Shown: piece after piece, positions 1-9,978 of the stretch | Position numbering within the stretch: position 1 is the first letter of the stretch | Layout: each line of letters begins with the position of its first letter | Source: an uncultured Candidatus Saccharibacteria bacterium | Lineage (GTDB): Bacteria; Patescibacteriota; Minisyncoccia; Phycocordibacterales; JACOZG01 | Length of the DNA: 45,742 bases | Assembly (NCBI GenBank): GCA_964460805.1 | Contig: CAYWPU010000004.1 | Coordinates: 1-45,742 of the forward strand | Reading direction: 5' to 3' | Translations under genes and position numbers: made by a program | Notes under the pieces: generated by a model | Seen by the model: only the letters and a program-made list of their open reading frames with translations | The model's database searches: none | What the model was told of the DNA's origin: nothing

Positions 1-216
1 CTCCAAGTTTCTACCGGCAATGAGGGCAGCACTATGAGCCCGTTTATACCTGTGGTTGCTGATGAGATAGAGATAGAGAGCGGACGCTTCTACGTAGCTG
101 GCAATAACTCCACAGATAGTCAGCCGCGGGTGGTGATCAGCATGCAGGGCCAAGCCACTGTGGGACGGCAGAGCAGTGACTTTGCCATCCAGACTACTGT
201 TTCTGATAGACGTTAG
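1..216 (+). CDS. 3' end of a CDS entering from upstream (hypothetical; first gene of the pilin-like cluster)
   Basis: Frame 1 is open from base 1 to TAG at 214-216 (ORF-track piece 34-216). No recognisable motif; assignment is by context only. Confidence 0.4.
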   Translation, partial: LQVSTGNEGSTMSPFIPVVADEIEIESGRFYVAGNNSTDSQPRVVISMQGQATVGRQSSDFAIQTTVSDRR

Positions 217-241
217 ATAATAAAAAAGTAAAATAAATAAA

Positions 242-847
242 GTGATAATCAGCAAATTGCATAATCTAGAAAATAAACAATCCGGTCTCACGCTGGTAGA
301 GACGCTGGTGGCTATCACGGTGCTACTGGTGGGAGTGCTTGGCCCGCTCTCCATTGCCGCGCAGGGGATTGGCGATGGCATCTTTGCCCGCAATCAACTG
401 GCCGCCAATTACTTAGCGCAAGAGGCGCTGGAGGTGGTAGTGAACAAGCGTTACGAGATAGCCCGCCAGTGCCAGTATTCCTCGGCCCCGGAGTGCACTG
501 ATGATTTCTTTAATCTTGATAGTGATATTGCCGGTTGCCTTAGCCTTGGTCCTAACGATTACTGCGCGGTGGATCCTCTGATTCCCGCTTTGCTAAGCAG
601 TCCATCTTGCGAGGAAGATAACGATTACGCCGCCTGTCGGCTCGTCTTTGATACCGGAGACGGTGTGTATCGGCCCGTGGCTGATCTGTCGGCAGAAGAG
701 AATCGCCTAGGCCCAGTTTTTACTCGCAAGTTGCGCCTGGAGCTGGTTAGCTCTAATGAACTAAGGGCGATAGTAACGGTGGATTGGTTCAATAAAGATG
801 TTCCTAGGTCGCTCACACTAATCACCCACTTATTTAGCCAAGGTTAA
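242..847 (+). CDS. type IV pilin-like protein with prepilin N-terminal cleavage/methylation motif
   Basis: N-terminus ...KQSG/LTLVETLVAITVLLVGVL matches G-(F/L)TLxE followed by a hydrophobic helix. GTG start lies 7 nt after TAAAAT (229-234). Confidence 0.75.
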   Translation: MIISKLHNLENKQSGLTLVETLVAITVLLVGVLGPLSIAAQGIGDGIFARNQLAANYLAQEALEVVVNKRYEIARQCQYSSAPECTDDFFNLDSDIAGCLSLGPNDYCAVDPLIPALLSSPSCEEDNDYAACRLVFDTGDGVYRPVADLSAEENRLGPVFTRKLRLELVSSNELRAIVTVDWFNKDVPRSLTLITHLFSQG

Positions 848-856
848 AAGATTAAA

Positions 857-3464
<2,608 letters not shown>

Positions 3465-3468
3465 AAAA

Positions 3469-3494
3469 GCCGCCCGCACAGCCGTGAGGGCGGC
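3469..3494 (-). terminator. GC hairpin between convergent ligA and the Zn-finger gene
   Basis: gccgccc (3469-3475) pairs with gggcggc (3488-3494). The A6 run at 3463-3468 gives a U-tract on the minus strand. There is no T-tract on the + strand. Confidence 0.5.
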
Positions 3495-3518
3495 GATATT
3501 ACGCCAGAGCTTCATTGA

Positions 3519-3668
3519 CTATATTCGGCCTGTGCCTTTGCATTTTGCACAGGGCCCCTCGTCGTTGATCCAATTGATGTTGGGGTGCATGAATCCGCCA
3601 GTACGTCTCCTGCCGCTACCCCCACACTCGTGACAGGGTTTTGGTTTGTCTCTCTTCTTTTTCTTCAC
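3519..3668 (-). CDS. 49-aa DnaJ-type zinc-finger mini-protein (2x CxxCxGxG); below the ORF-track cutoff
   Basis: My translation is VKKKKRDKPKPCHECGGSGRRRTGGFMHPNINWINDEGPCAKCKGTGRI*. AGGAG lies 7-10 nt upstream of the GTG/TTG start. The gene has its own promoter and terminator. Confidence 0.6.
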   Translation of the reverse strand: MKKKKRDKPKPCHECGGSGRRRTGGFMHPNINWINDEGPCAKCKGTGRI

Positions 3669-3709
3669 CAATTCACGTCTCCTTTCTCAAGGCACTATTG
3701 CCACTTCTA

Positions 3710-3738
3710 TATCTACCAAAATTAGAATATCTTGTCAA
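3710..3738 (-). promoter_or_regulatory. sigma70-type promoter of the Zn-finger gene
   Basis: Minus strand reads TTGACA-17 nt-TAGATA. The spacer matches 12/17 positions of the promoter spacer at 4130-4158. Confidence 0.55.
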
Positions 3739-3759
3739 TGAGGGAAGGATTTACGGGTG

Positions 3760-3796
3760 TAGGAAAAGAAAACCGCCCCTATGGGACAGGGCGGTT
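3760..3796 (-). terminator. rho-independent terminator of the XRE gene
   Basis: aaccgccc (3771-3778) pairs with gggcggtt (3789-3796). On the minus strand it is followed by ttcttttcc. Confidence 0.6.
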
Positions 3797-3812
3797 CATT
3801 TGTGTTAGCTTT

Positions 3813-4073
3813 TCAACCAATCCAGAGATCTTCCGGCTTGATGTGTAGATAATTAGCCAGACGCTGGACAGAACTCTGGTCTGGGAAACAGTTACCACCA
3901 ATCATCATCCTAATGGTGCCGGGACCAAAGCCGCAGGCGTCTTCTACCTCAGCATAACGCGCTGGAGCGATCTCTTTATCTTTTAGGGCGGTTCGCAGTT
4001 TTCTTGCAAAGAGCAACTCCTGCGCTCGGACTTCTACGGCGGCATTCCGTTCCCGCTCGTCCGGATGATCCAT
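3813..4073 (-). CDS. XRE-family helix-turn-helix protein
   Basis: 86 aa. LRTALKDKEIAPARYAEVEDACGFGPGTIRMMIGG...VQRLANYLHIKPEDLW looks like an HTH_3 layout. AAGGAG lies 7 nt before the ATG. Confidence 0.6.
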   Translation of the reverse strand: MDHPDERERNAAVEVRAQELLFARKLRTALKDKEIAPARYAEVEDACGFGPGTIRMMIGGNCFPDQSSVQRLANYLHIKPEDLWIG

Positions 4074-4129
4074 AGCTTGTCTCCTTGTTTGATCTGGTTT
4101 TTACTTGTTTGGTACCAAGACTGCTAGTC

Positions 4130-4158
4130 TATTTACCAAATTAAGATAATTTAGTCAA
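4130..4158 (-). promoter_or_regulatory. sigma70-type promoter of the XRE gene
   Basis: Minus strand reads TTGACT-17 nt-TAAATA. Confidence 0.55.
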
Positions 4159-4188
4159 TCTAAGTCTAAGTGCAGAATTAGCAAATTA

Positions 4189-4197
4189 TGCTAGAAT
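4189..4197 (+). promoter_or_regulatory. extended -10 (TGcTAGAAT) ending 6 nt before the gatC ATG (leaderless geometry)
   Basis: Seen directly in the sequence. The same AATTATGCTAGAAT string recurs at 6966-6978. Confidence 0.5.
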
Positions 4198-4203
4198 CAC
4201 AGG

Positions 4204-4449
4204 ATGATTAGCGGTGAAGAAATCAAGAACTTGGCCAGCTTGGCGAGGATTGAAGTCTCTGAGCAAGAGACGGAGAAATTGCAACGCGATCTGGGCGCGA
4301 TCTTAGACTACGTGGGCGCGCTAAAGAGCTCAGCAGGGGAGACCGTGGGGGAAGATTTGGGGGAAAATTATAATAACTTGCGAGAAGATGGAAATGCTCT
4401 ACAAAGTTTAGAAAAAGGGGAATGGGTGAAGGTGAAAAAGATTTTATAG
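4204..4449 (+). CDS. gatC: Asp/Glu-tRNA amidotransferase subunit C
   Basis: 81 aa. The N-terminus (IKNLASLARIEVSEQETEKLQRDLGAILDYV) is typical of GatC. It lies directly upstream of gatA. Confidence 0.85.
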   Translation: MISGEEIKNLASLARIEVSEQETEKLQRDLGAILDYVGALKSSAGETVGEDLGENYNNLREDGNALQSLEKGEWVKVKKIL

Positions 4450-4470
4450 ATTTTTGTTTAAATAAGAAAA

Positions 4471-5787
4471 ATGCACGCGCTGGATTATTGGGAAAAAGCG
4501 AAGCAAGAGAACGCCAAATATAACGCGTATTTGGAGATTTTTGCTGATGTGCCGGAACAGATAGAGAAGCAGAAAAATAATTCTGGTATTCTCTCGGGCA
4601 TGGCGATTGCGGTGAAGGATAATATTTTGATTGAGGGTAAAATTGCTTCCAGTGCTTCTAAAATTTTAAGTAATTATGTGGCGAGTTATGACGCTACGGT
4701 AATTAAAAAACTGCGTGATGCCGGTGCCGTCTTTATTGGCCGGACGAACATGGACGAGTTTGCGATGGGCGCGAGTACTGAGAATTCTGCTTTTGGCGCG
4801 ACCAAAAATCCTCATGACGTAACACGCGTGCCCGGTGGCTCATCCGGTGGCTCGGCGGCGGCAGTGGCGGCTGGGCTCTGTGCCGCCGCGCTCGGCTCGG
4901 ATACGGGCGGCAGTATCCGTCAGCCGGCGAGCTTCTGTGGCGTAGTGGGGCTCAAGCCCACTTACGGGCGCGTTTCGCGCTACGGCCTCACCGCGCTGGC
5001 TTCTTCTCTTGATCAGATCGGGCCAATCACGCACACGGTGAGCGATGCGGAGAAGATTTACAAGGTGATTGCCGGCGTTGACGAGAGTGATGCGACAACA
5101 GTTAACGCGGAATTTTTTGAAGCAAAGAAAGATCAGAAGATGAAAATTGGCGTGCCGCGGCATCTCTTGCGCGAGGGCGTGGATGCAGAAGTTCTGGCTA
5201 ACTTTGAACAGACTTTAGAGAAATTAAAAAAGTCTGGCCATGAGCTTACAGAAATAGAGTTGCCGGCGGCGAAATATTCTCTCGCTTGTTACTATATCCT
5301 GATGCCGGCGGAGGCAAGCAGTAACCTCGCGCGCTTTGACGGTGTCCGTTACGGCCTCAAGCAGCTTGGCGATAATTTGCTGGGTGATTATCTCCAGACG
5401 AGAAGTTCCGGCTTTGGGCCCGAGACGCGCCGCAGAATAATATTAGGCACTTATGTGCTCTCTTCCGGCTATTATGATGCTTACTACGCTCAAGCCACGC
5501 GCGTGCGCGGATTGATCAAGCAAGACTTCTCTCGCGCTTTTGCTCAAGTGGATGCAATTGCCTTGCCCACGGCACCGACTACGGCCTTCAAGATTGGCGA
5601 GAAGAGTAGCGATCCGCTCCAGATGTACTTAGCTGACGTCTTCACCGCGCCGGCTAATATCGCCGGCTTGCCAGCTATTTCTGTGCCCACCGGCAAAGAT
5701 AGTCACGATTTACCAATCGGCACGCAAGTCATCGCGCCGGCCTGGCACGAGGCGCGTTTATTTGCGCTGGGGAAAGAGTTAGAATAA
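4471..5787 (+). CDS. gatA: Asp/Glu-tRNA amidotransferase subunit A (amidase family)
   Basis: Amidase signature GGSSGGSAAAVAAG...GSDTGGSIRQPA. Follows gatC. Confidence 0.9.
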   Translation: MHALDYWEKAKQENAKYNAYLEIFADVPEQIEKQKNNSGILSGMAIAVKDNILIEGKIASSASKILSNYVASYDATVIKKLRDAGAVFIGRTNMDEFAMGASTENSAFGATKNPHDVTRVPGGSSGGSAAAVAAGLCAAALGSDTGGSIRQPASFCGVVGLKPTYGRVSRYGLTALASSLDQIGPITHTVSDAEKIYKVIAGVDESDATTVNAEFFEAKKDQKMKIGVPRHLLREGVDAEVLANFEQTLEKLKKSGHELTEIELPAAKYSLACYYILMPAEASSNLARFDGVRYGLKQLGDNLLGDYLQTRSSGFGPETRRRIILGTYVLSSGYYDAYYAQATRVRGLIKQDFSRAFAQVDAIALPTAPTTAFKIGEKSSDPLQMYLADVFTAPANIAGLPAISVPTGKDSHDLPIGTQVIAPAWHEARLFALGKELE

Positions 5788-5814
5788 TTAGAACAAGATA
5801 AGAGAATTAGAATT

Positions 5815-6354
5815 ATGGTGCATTGGCTCAACTTACAGTATCTCTATAATCGGATTTATGAAATACTCACCAGACTCTGGGTTGGGAGCTTGCCTTGGTG
5901 GCTGCCGGTGCTCTGGTTCTTACTCTTTATTCTGCTTTGGTTAGCAATTTTAATTCTCACGTGGAAGATCATCAAACATCGGCAGGCAGAATCGGCAGAC
6001 TTGCGCGTGATGCTGGAGAGCAAAGCGGCGAGCGTGCCGGAGCAGAACGAGGACTGGCTCCGCGTGCTCAAGCACTTGGAATCCGAGAATCCGGCCGAGT
6101 GGAAGTTGGCGATCCTTGAGGCTGACAAAATGCTGGACGAGCTGGTGAAGACGCTCCAGCCGCACGGCGAGAACTTGGGCGAGCGACTCAAGAGCATTGA
6201 GCCGAGCGACTTTGACACTCTCCAAGATGCTTGGGAGGCACACAAGGTGCGCAATCAGATCGCGCACGAGGCCAATTTTACCCTCACCAAGCATCAGACT
6301 CTCCAGACTATTGGCCGCTTCCGGCGCGTCTTTGAAGAATTTGAATTTATCTAG
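5815..6354 (+). CDS. hypothetical membrane-anchored protein (C-terminal DUF4145/HEPN-like RNxxAH motif)
   Basis: TM segment LPWWLPVLWFLLFILLWLAILILTW. The soluble C-terminal domain ends with AHKVRNQIAHE (Rx4H). Confidence 0.6.
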   Translation: MVHWLNLQYLYNRIYEILTRLWVGSLPWWLPVLWFLLFILLWLAILILTWKIIKHRQAESADLRVMLESKAASVPEQNEDWLRVLKHLESENPAEWKLAILEADKMLDELVKTLQPHGENLGERLKSIEPSDFDTLQDAWEAHKVRNQIAHEANFTLTKHQTLQTIGRFRRVFEEFEFI

Positions 6355-6391
6355 GTTTTGAGCCATTTTTTGGCTACTTCAGTTTGGCCTA

Positions 6392-6420
6392 TTGACAAAT
6401 AAACCGCATTGGTATATAAT
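6392..6420 (+). promoter_or_regulatory. consensus sigma70 promoter TTGACA-17-TATAAT
   Basis: TTGACA at 6392-6397 and TATAAT at 6415-6420. Confidence 0.65.
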
Positions 6421-6480
6421 AGGATAAGATAGCCCACTTGAGAGGCTATGAGATGTTTGACAAGACGTGGAGGATTAAAT

Positions 6481-6897
6481 ATGTTTCCGGTTCCAAGTCT
6501 CAGCGACACTGGAGTGATTGCGGGTGAGGTCCTGCACTTTAGCCCGCGGAAGGGTCGCGGGCAGGTCTCGTTGCCGAGTGGCAGGGAACTCACCTTCTAT
6601 GGCGCGAGCTATCGTGGCTTGCTTGTGCCCGAGAAGCTGACAGAATGGTTGGCGAACATGCGGGGGAAGAAGATCCACTTGGTCGTCGTTGACCAAAAGG
6701 TTAAGTGCTGGTCTCTGGTGGAAGTGTGGGGCGATCGTCCGGCATTGGTCCGGTTCAATCACCCCTGCGGTCTTCCCCCAGCATTATCGGCATCGTCAGT
6801 CGGAGCTTCCCATCCTGGACAACCCAAGGGACGGATCTCCTCCAACACGCCACCGGGTAACCGTGTTTACTCCGGGCGTGGCGGCTATCGTCGTTGA
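6481..6897 (+). CDS. hypothetical protein (ORF-track 6448 start trimmed to the ATG preceded by GGAGG)
   Basis: GGAGG lies 8 nt before ATG 6481. The C-terminal tail is Gly/Pro/Arg-rich. It is followed by a strong terminator. Confidence 0.55.
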   Translation: MFPVPSLSDTGVIAGEVLHFSPRKGRGQVSLPSGRELTFYGASYRGLLVPEKLTEWLANMRGKKIHLVVVDQKVKCWSLVEVWGDRPALVRFNHPCGLPPALSASSVGASHPGQPKGRISSNTPPGNRVYSGRGGYRR

Positions 6898-6919
6898 TTG
6901 TTGACGCGGGGCACTGGAT

Positions 6920-6959
6920 GGCCGGGCAGGAGCATTGCTCCCGCCCGGCCTTTTATTTT
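6920..6959 (+). terminator. rho-independent terminator
   Basis: 14-position stem with 13 pairs (6920-6933/6937-6950, one mismatch) followed by ttttatttt. Confidence 0.8.
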
Positions 6960-6969
6960 CTCTCAATTA

Positions 6970-6978
6970 TGCTAGAAT
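6970..6978 (+). promoter_or_regulatory. extended -10 (TGcTAGAAT) upstream of the tRNA cluster
   Basis: Same motif as the gatC promoter. It lies 35 nt before the first tRNA. Confidence 0.45.
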
Positions 6979-7013
6979 GGTGGCTCTTGCTGTTTATAGA
7001 GCAGGAACCAGCC

Positions 7014-7087
7014 TGCGGGGTAGAGTAACAGTAATTCGCGAGGCTCATAACCTCGAGATCTTGGTGCGAATCCAAGCCCCGCAACCA
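7014..7087 (+). tRNA. tRNA-Met(CAT), initiator-like, with atypical D and T loops; CCA encoded
   Basis: Cloverleaf: TGCGGGG/CCCCGCA acceptor, A73, CCA. D stem GAGT/ATTC (A11:U24). Anticodon stem CGAGG/CCTCG with loop CTCATAA. T stem CTTGG/CCAAG with loop TGCGAAT. Confidence 0.7.
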
Positions 7088-7112
7088 GAATTTTGTCATT
7101 ATAAATAATAAA

Positions 7113-7186
7113 GTCGGCGTAGCTCAGTTGGTTAGAGCGTGGGACTCATAAGCCCAAGGTCGCTGGTTCGATCCCAGCCGCCGACA
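7113..7186 (+). tRNA. tRNA with CAT anticodon (elongator Met or lysidine-type Ile2)
   Basis: GTCGGCG/CGCCGAC acceptor, GCTC/GAGC D stem with GG loop, loop CTCATAA, T arm GCTGG-TTCGATC-CCAGC. No CCA encoded. Confidence 0.85.
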
Positions 7187-7213
7187 CCCGTTTCTGAGTT
7201 CAGTAGAAACGAT

Positions 7214-7287
7214 GCGGCCGTAGCTCAACTGGTTAGAGCACTCGCCTGTCACGCGAGAGGTTGCCGGTTCAAGTCCGGTCGGCCGCG
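7214..7287 (+). tRNA. tRNA-Asp(GTC)
   Basis: GCGGCCG/CGGCCGC acceptor, anticodon stem CTCGC/GCGAG with loop CTGTCAC, T loop TTCAAGT. Confidence 0.9.
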
Positions 7288-7312
7288 CAGATTTTGTTAT
7301 AATCTGGCTACC

Positions 7313-8002
7313 ATGACACGTTATCAGAAGTCGCTGGCGCTCATCTTCTCCCTGGCCTGGGTCTGGTCGGCGCTGGCGCCGCTGGATCGCGGCGCCTGGC
7401 TGCTGGAGAATCTCCTGCTCTTCATCTTCGTACCCGTGATCCTCTTGGTTGCGCGCTACTTCAAGTTCTCCAGCCTCTCTTACACGCTCATCACGCTCTT
7501 CTTTATCATGCACGTGATCGGCTCGCATTACACTTACTCGCAAGTGCCGTTTGGTTATACTCTGCAAGAGTGGTTTAACCAGGGCCGCAACATGTATGAC
7601 CGCTTGGTGCACTTCAGCTTTGGCTTCCTGCTCGCTTATCCCATCCGCGAGGCACTGATCCGGATCTCCAAAGCCAGAGGCTTTTGGGCTTATTATCTGC
7701 CGCTAGACTTAGTGGTCGCTTTCTCTGCCGTTTATGAAATATTAGAATGGTTAGCCGCGCGCTCGGTGGCCAAGTTTGATCCGCACGCCGCGCTAGCCTT
7801 CCTTGGTCAACAGGGCGATGTGTGGGATGCGCAGAAGGATATGTTTATGGCCGGCACGGGCGCACTGCTCGCGATGTTGCTCATCTTCCTGCTCAATTGG
7901 CGCTATGATCGCCGGCATTGGCGCGACTTTAAAGCCAGCTGGAAGCTGGATGTAGACGAGAAGCCGCTGGGTGAAGAGGTGATTAAAGAGTATTTGAAGT
8001 AA
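7313..8002 (+). CDS. DUF2238 (E. coli YjdF-like) inner-membrane protein
   Basis: The ORF-track N-terminus (7139-7312) overlaps tRNAs, so I trimmed it to ATG 7313, which lies 9 nt after TGtTATAAT. Motifs HVIGSHYTYSQVPF, YDRLVHFSFGFLLAYP, YEILEW and QGDVWDAQKDM fit the family as I remember it. Confidence 0.6.
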   Translation: MTRYQKSLALIFSLAWVWSALAPLDRGAWLLENLLLFIFVPVILLVARYFKFSSLSYTLITLFFIMHVIGSHYTYSQVPFGYTLQEWFNQGRNMYDRLVHFSFGFLLAYPIREALIRISKARGFWAYYLPLDLVVAFSAVYEILEWLAARSVAKFDPHAALAFLGQQGDVWDAQKDMFMAGTGALLAMLLIFLLNWRYDRRHWRDFKASWKLDVDEKPLGEEVIKEYLK

Positions 8003-8096
8003 AAATAATTTTCTTGTTTTTGCAAGTTTCTTTTGCTACATTTAAGCGGTTATTTCCGCCAAGCTCATCCGCCAGCTGGCGGAGGTAGAGCGCCAA

Positions 8097-8170
8097 GCCA
8101 AGATAGCTCAGTTGGTAGAGCACTCCCATGGTAAGGGAGAGGTCCCGGGTTCAATTCCCGGTCTTGGCTC
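8097..8170 (+). tRNA. tRNA-Thr(GGT)
   Basis: GCCAAGA/TCTTGGC acceptor, anticodon stem CTCCC/GGGAG with loop ATGGTAA, T loop TTCAATT. Confidence 0.9.
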
Positions 8171-8273
8171 ACTCACTTGACATAATTTCTCTCTTGTGAT
8201 AGCTCTTTAGGGTGGCGTAAGCGTGTGCTTGTGCTTGGAACGAGTCAGTTCTTTGTAAATAAAGGAGGATAAA

Positions 8274-8798
8274 ATGTCGGACAAGTCTCAAACGTCTCAA
8301 GAGCCGATCCAAGCTGACCTGGAACAGGTGTTCTCGGAATTGTCCAAAGAGGCCAATATTCCAATCTATTATCTGCGGGCGGTGTATCATGCTCCTCGTG
8401 ATTTGTCGGCAGACCTCCTCCGCATTACCTCTCTGGAGGAAGTGAAGAAGGCCTGGAGTGTCTTCAAAGACACTCATTGGGATGGGGCAATGTGTAAGAT
8501 TGTGCGGGAATTTATTGCGCCCCATGATTTTTACACTCTCAAGTGGTTCCACAATGAACTCTCGCACCTCTACCAGGAGAGATCAGATCGGCGCTTTTCG
8601 GGGCTTATTAGCACGATTGCGGTGGAGATCAGGACGCGAGTCATTGAACTGCTTAAACTGGCCGGCTCAGGCGACGTCTGGGCCGCCAAGCAAGCGCTGG
8701 ACTTGGCCTCGCGTGATCGTGGTCAATATGATCAGTATCACGAGGCAATCCGCCAACTGATCCGCTTGCGTTTGGAGGAGAAAAAGAAGAAAGACTGA
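8274..8798 (+). CDS. hypothetical protein
   Basis: 174 aa. AAAGGAGG lies 6 nt before the ATG. TGA stop, with its own terminator. Confidence 0.6.
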   Translation: MSDKSQTSQEPIQADLEQVFSELSKEANIPIYYLRAVYHAPRDLSADLLRITSLEEVKKAWSVFKDTHWDGAMCKIVREFIAPHDFYTLKWFHNELSHLYQERSDRRFSGLISTIAVEIRTRVIELLKLAGSGDVWAAKQALDLASRDRGQYDQYHEAIRQLIRLRLEEKKKKD

Positions 8799-8833
8799 TC
8801 TCTGCTCGCTCGGCGAGCGTCTCGTCTCACACT

Positions 8834-8863
8834 AGCCAGCGTCGCAAGACGCTGGCTTTTTTT
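8834..8863 (+). terminator. rho-independent terminator
   Basis: agccagcgtc/gacgctggct stem with a gcaa loop, followed by T7. Confidence 0.8.
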
Positions 8864-8908
8864 ATCCACTTATTTTTGCTAGAGTCTACTTGCGAGTTTT
8901 TAATAAAA

Positions 8909-8981
8909 GCCACCTTAGCTCAGTTGGTAGAGCGGCGGTATCGTAAACCGCAGGTCCCCGGTTCAAGCCCGGGAGGTGGCT
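8909..8981 (+). tRNA. tRNA-Thr(CGT)
   Basis: GCCACCT/AGGTGGC acceptor, anticodon stem GCGGT/ACCGC with loop ATCGTAA, T loop TTCAAGC. Confidence 0.9.
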
Positions 8982-8982
8982 C
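8929..8982 (+). repeat. left copy of a 54-bp perfect direct repeat (3' two-thirds of tRNA-Thr(CGT)); attL-like
   Basis: Base-for-base identical to 12736-12789. Identity stops abruptly on both sides. Confidence 0.9.
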
Positions 8983-9107
8983 CTCAATTGTAGAAGAGAT
9001 CAAAGAGGGCTGAGCTGGCGAGTTCTCTCTGGATCATTTTCTGGAAAATGCATGAGAAAATAAGTTGAGGTTTTGGAAAAATTGTGTTATATATCTACAC
9101 ACGAGGT

Positions 9108-9872
9108 ATGAAAAAAATTGTAGCTATCGGTGGTGGCGAAATTGGTAGACCTGGTTTTCCCATTGAGACGACCAGCATAGATAAGGAGATTATCAGATTA
9201 ACCAAAAAGAAGCATCCTTTGCTATTATTTTTGCCGACCGCAAGCGGAGATTCAGAGTCATATTTCTCTGTTGTAGAAAAATACTTTGGCAAAAAGTTAA
9301 AATGCCGAGTCGATGTTTTATATCTCACGAAAAACGACCTGTCTTTAAGACAAATCAAAGGCAAGATTTTATCTGCCGATATCATATATGTCGGTGGTGG
9401 AAATACACTAAAAATGATTAGGATTTGGAAAAAACTCGGCGTAGACAAGATCTTAAAAGTGGCCCATGAAAAGGGCATCGTCCTGTCGGGGCTCAGTGCT
9501 GGGGCCATTTGTTGGTTTAAATACGGCAATTCAGACTCATTGAAAATTAAAAACCCAAAGGCACCCTTAATAAGAGTCTCTGGATTAAATTTTATACCAG
9601 CTCTGTTCTGTCCACATTATGACTTTGAAAAGCACAGAAGACCAGAACTGAAGAAGATGATGTTCAAAAAGTCAGAGATTGCGATCGCTATCGATAACCG
9701 TTGCGCTATAGAAATTATCGATGATGCTTACAGAATTATTTCCTCCAAAGACTCCGCTAAAGCATATAGGGTTTTTTGGTCAAAAAATAAATTTATCCAC
9801 GAAGTTATCCCGAAAAGTAAAAAATTTCGAACGGTCGGTAGTCTACTTGACAAGAAATTACAAATTTGTTAA
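9108..9872 (+). CDS. peptidase S51 family protein (dipeptidase E/cyanophycinase-like)
   Basis: KIVAIGGGE, LLFLPTASGD, IIYVGGGNTLKM and VLSGLSAGAICWF (nucleophile-Ser context). Trimmed to the ATG after GAGG. Confidence 0.7.
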   Translation: MKKIVAIGGGEIGRPGFPIETTSIDKEIIRLTKKKHPLLLFLPTASGDSESYFSVVEKYFGKKLKCRVDVLYLTKNDLSLRQIKGKILSADIIYVGGGNTLKMIRIWKKLGVDKILKVAHEKGIVLSGLSAGAICWFKYGNSDSLKIKNPKAPLIRVSGLNFIPALFCPHYDFEKHRRPELKKMMFKKSEIAIAIDNRCAIEIIDDAYRIISSKDSAKAYRVFWSKNKFIHEVIPKSKKFRTVGSLLDKKLQIC

Positions 9873-9978
9873 GTATACGAGGGTGGTTTAGGTCTTTGAC
9901 AACCCAATACAGGTAGGTGCCTGAATTGTGGAACGTTGTCGGTTAACTCAAACATCCCCTGGAAAGGAGGATAAGGCG

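Noticed and set aside
7124-7612. ORFs overlapping the tRNA cluster (minus 7124-7612; N-terminal part of + 7139-8002)
   Set aside because: They are composed of tRNA sequence (three clean cloverleaves). The real CDS starts at ATG 7313.
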